Source: Podarcis erhardii (Eukaryota). Taken from it: a DNA stretch of 64,000 bases. Under the pieces are notes generated by a model that did no database searches, had not been told where the DNA came from, and saw only the letters and a program-made list of their open reading frames with translations. Of this stretch, positions 62,947 through 64,000 are shown piece after piece. The stretch is from NCBI GenBank assembly GCA_964252035.1, contig OZ176201.1, one strand, 5' to 3'. Positions within the stretch are counted from its first letter, which is position 1. The number at the start of each line of letters is the position of its first letter. A program made the position numbers and the translations under genes.

Positions 62947-64000
62947 ACTCAACATGTCAGTTCATGTCATGTACATTACTCCCTCCTTTTTCAAATGATT
63001 CCCCGTCGTAAGATCGCAGCAGAAAATAAAATGACATTGAAGACGTTGATCCATATGACAAAGTAAGTTCAAACAATCACTCCTTTTGTGTTTCCAGGCT
63101 AACTGCTCAAACCTAAACATACAAATAACCCACAGCTACTTTCATGCATGAAAATACAGTAAACGAGTCCAGAGAGCTCCTAAATTTTAGATGTTGTATA
63201 GCATATGAAAATATTATGCACAAAATATTGTTCATGTGAAGAATCACCCAGAAGCACGCTAAGAGTCCACATATGAATCTTTTACTTTGGTTTTACTTCT
63301 CCAAGCTTGCACAGTGATCAACTCCCAAAAAAGAAAAAAGAAGAAAAAGCATGCAAGAGCAAAGTTTCATAGACGAAGCGGCCCTAGGCACTGAAGGAAA
63401 CTAAAGACACAGAGAAATGTTCAAACCATCTTAACCACTGAAGAGGGAGAAACACATCTTTAATTTTTTTTTACAGAGCAGAATGACAAAGGAGATTCAC
63501 CATCTAAAAATGAACAGAGACCACCCTTCCATTTCCTACTGGGACAACTGCCTGCTCTCTCTGTAAGCATTCTCTACTTATTTGCAGTTTAGATTATTCT
63601 TTCCTAACACCACCAGGGCTGGCAGGGAGCAGAAAGTGGGGGTCGGCCACCGACAGAGTATCAAGACAACCATTGTGAGGACTTGAAAACGCAGGGGCAT
63701 CACAGCATGTGGACTTTGGGGAGATAATCAGAAAGGCCAGCTACTGTGAAGAAATAAGCAACTGAGGACTCCTATGCTAAATTTGGAAAAGCAAGTAGGA
63801 TAGGAAGGGGGGGGGAGAGAAGAGGAAGTCTTAGTGACAACGTATTTTACAGGAATTGCAGTGCTGATTCGAGGGCACAGCCCTTACAGTTCCTAGAGGG
63901 TGAGGAAACTGTATGTTCCACTGAGCCACGTTACATGGCTTTTGGAAAAGAAGGGGGGGTCCCGAGGAGAGCGCTGCCGATCCCCATTTGCCGCTGAAGG

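Overview
AT-rich, CpG-depleted non-coding DNA from a squamate reptile, most likely a lacertid lizard (inferred from Sauria-SINE and Squam3-type SINEs), either intronic or intergenic. I could not support any host protein-coding exon. The only convincing long ORF (32321-33106) is the C-terminus of a young, 5'-truncated LINE-1 ORF2. The window is a transposon landscape: at least 9 TA-flanked Tc1/mariner-pogo MITEs, several hAT hairpin MITEs (two with perfect 8-bp TSDs), tRNA-derived SINEs, CR1/L2/L1/RTE fragments and microsatellites. The most interesting signal is a set of Penelope-like (PLE) retroelement pieces carrying minimal hammerhead-ribozyme (HHR) cores. One is a perfect 222-bp inverted pseudo-LTR pair (26257-26832) in which the ORF C-terminus and the ribozyme core share the same bases. 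The other is a ~120-130-nt unit present twice (33721-33920 and 62820-62944), identical over 96 nt, with 12- and 18-bp TSDs, matching 5' ends and a terminal TATCTG repeat. It looks like a discrete, recently mobile, retrozyme-like non-autonomous element. Family names come from recalled consensus features, not database searches, and the boundaries of old elements are approximate.
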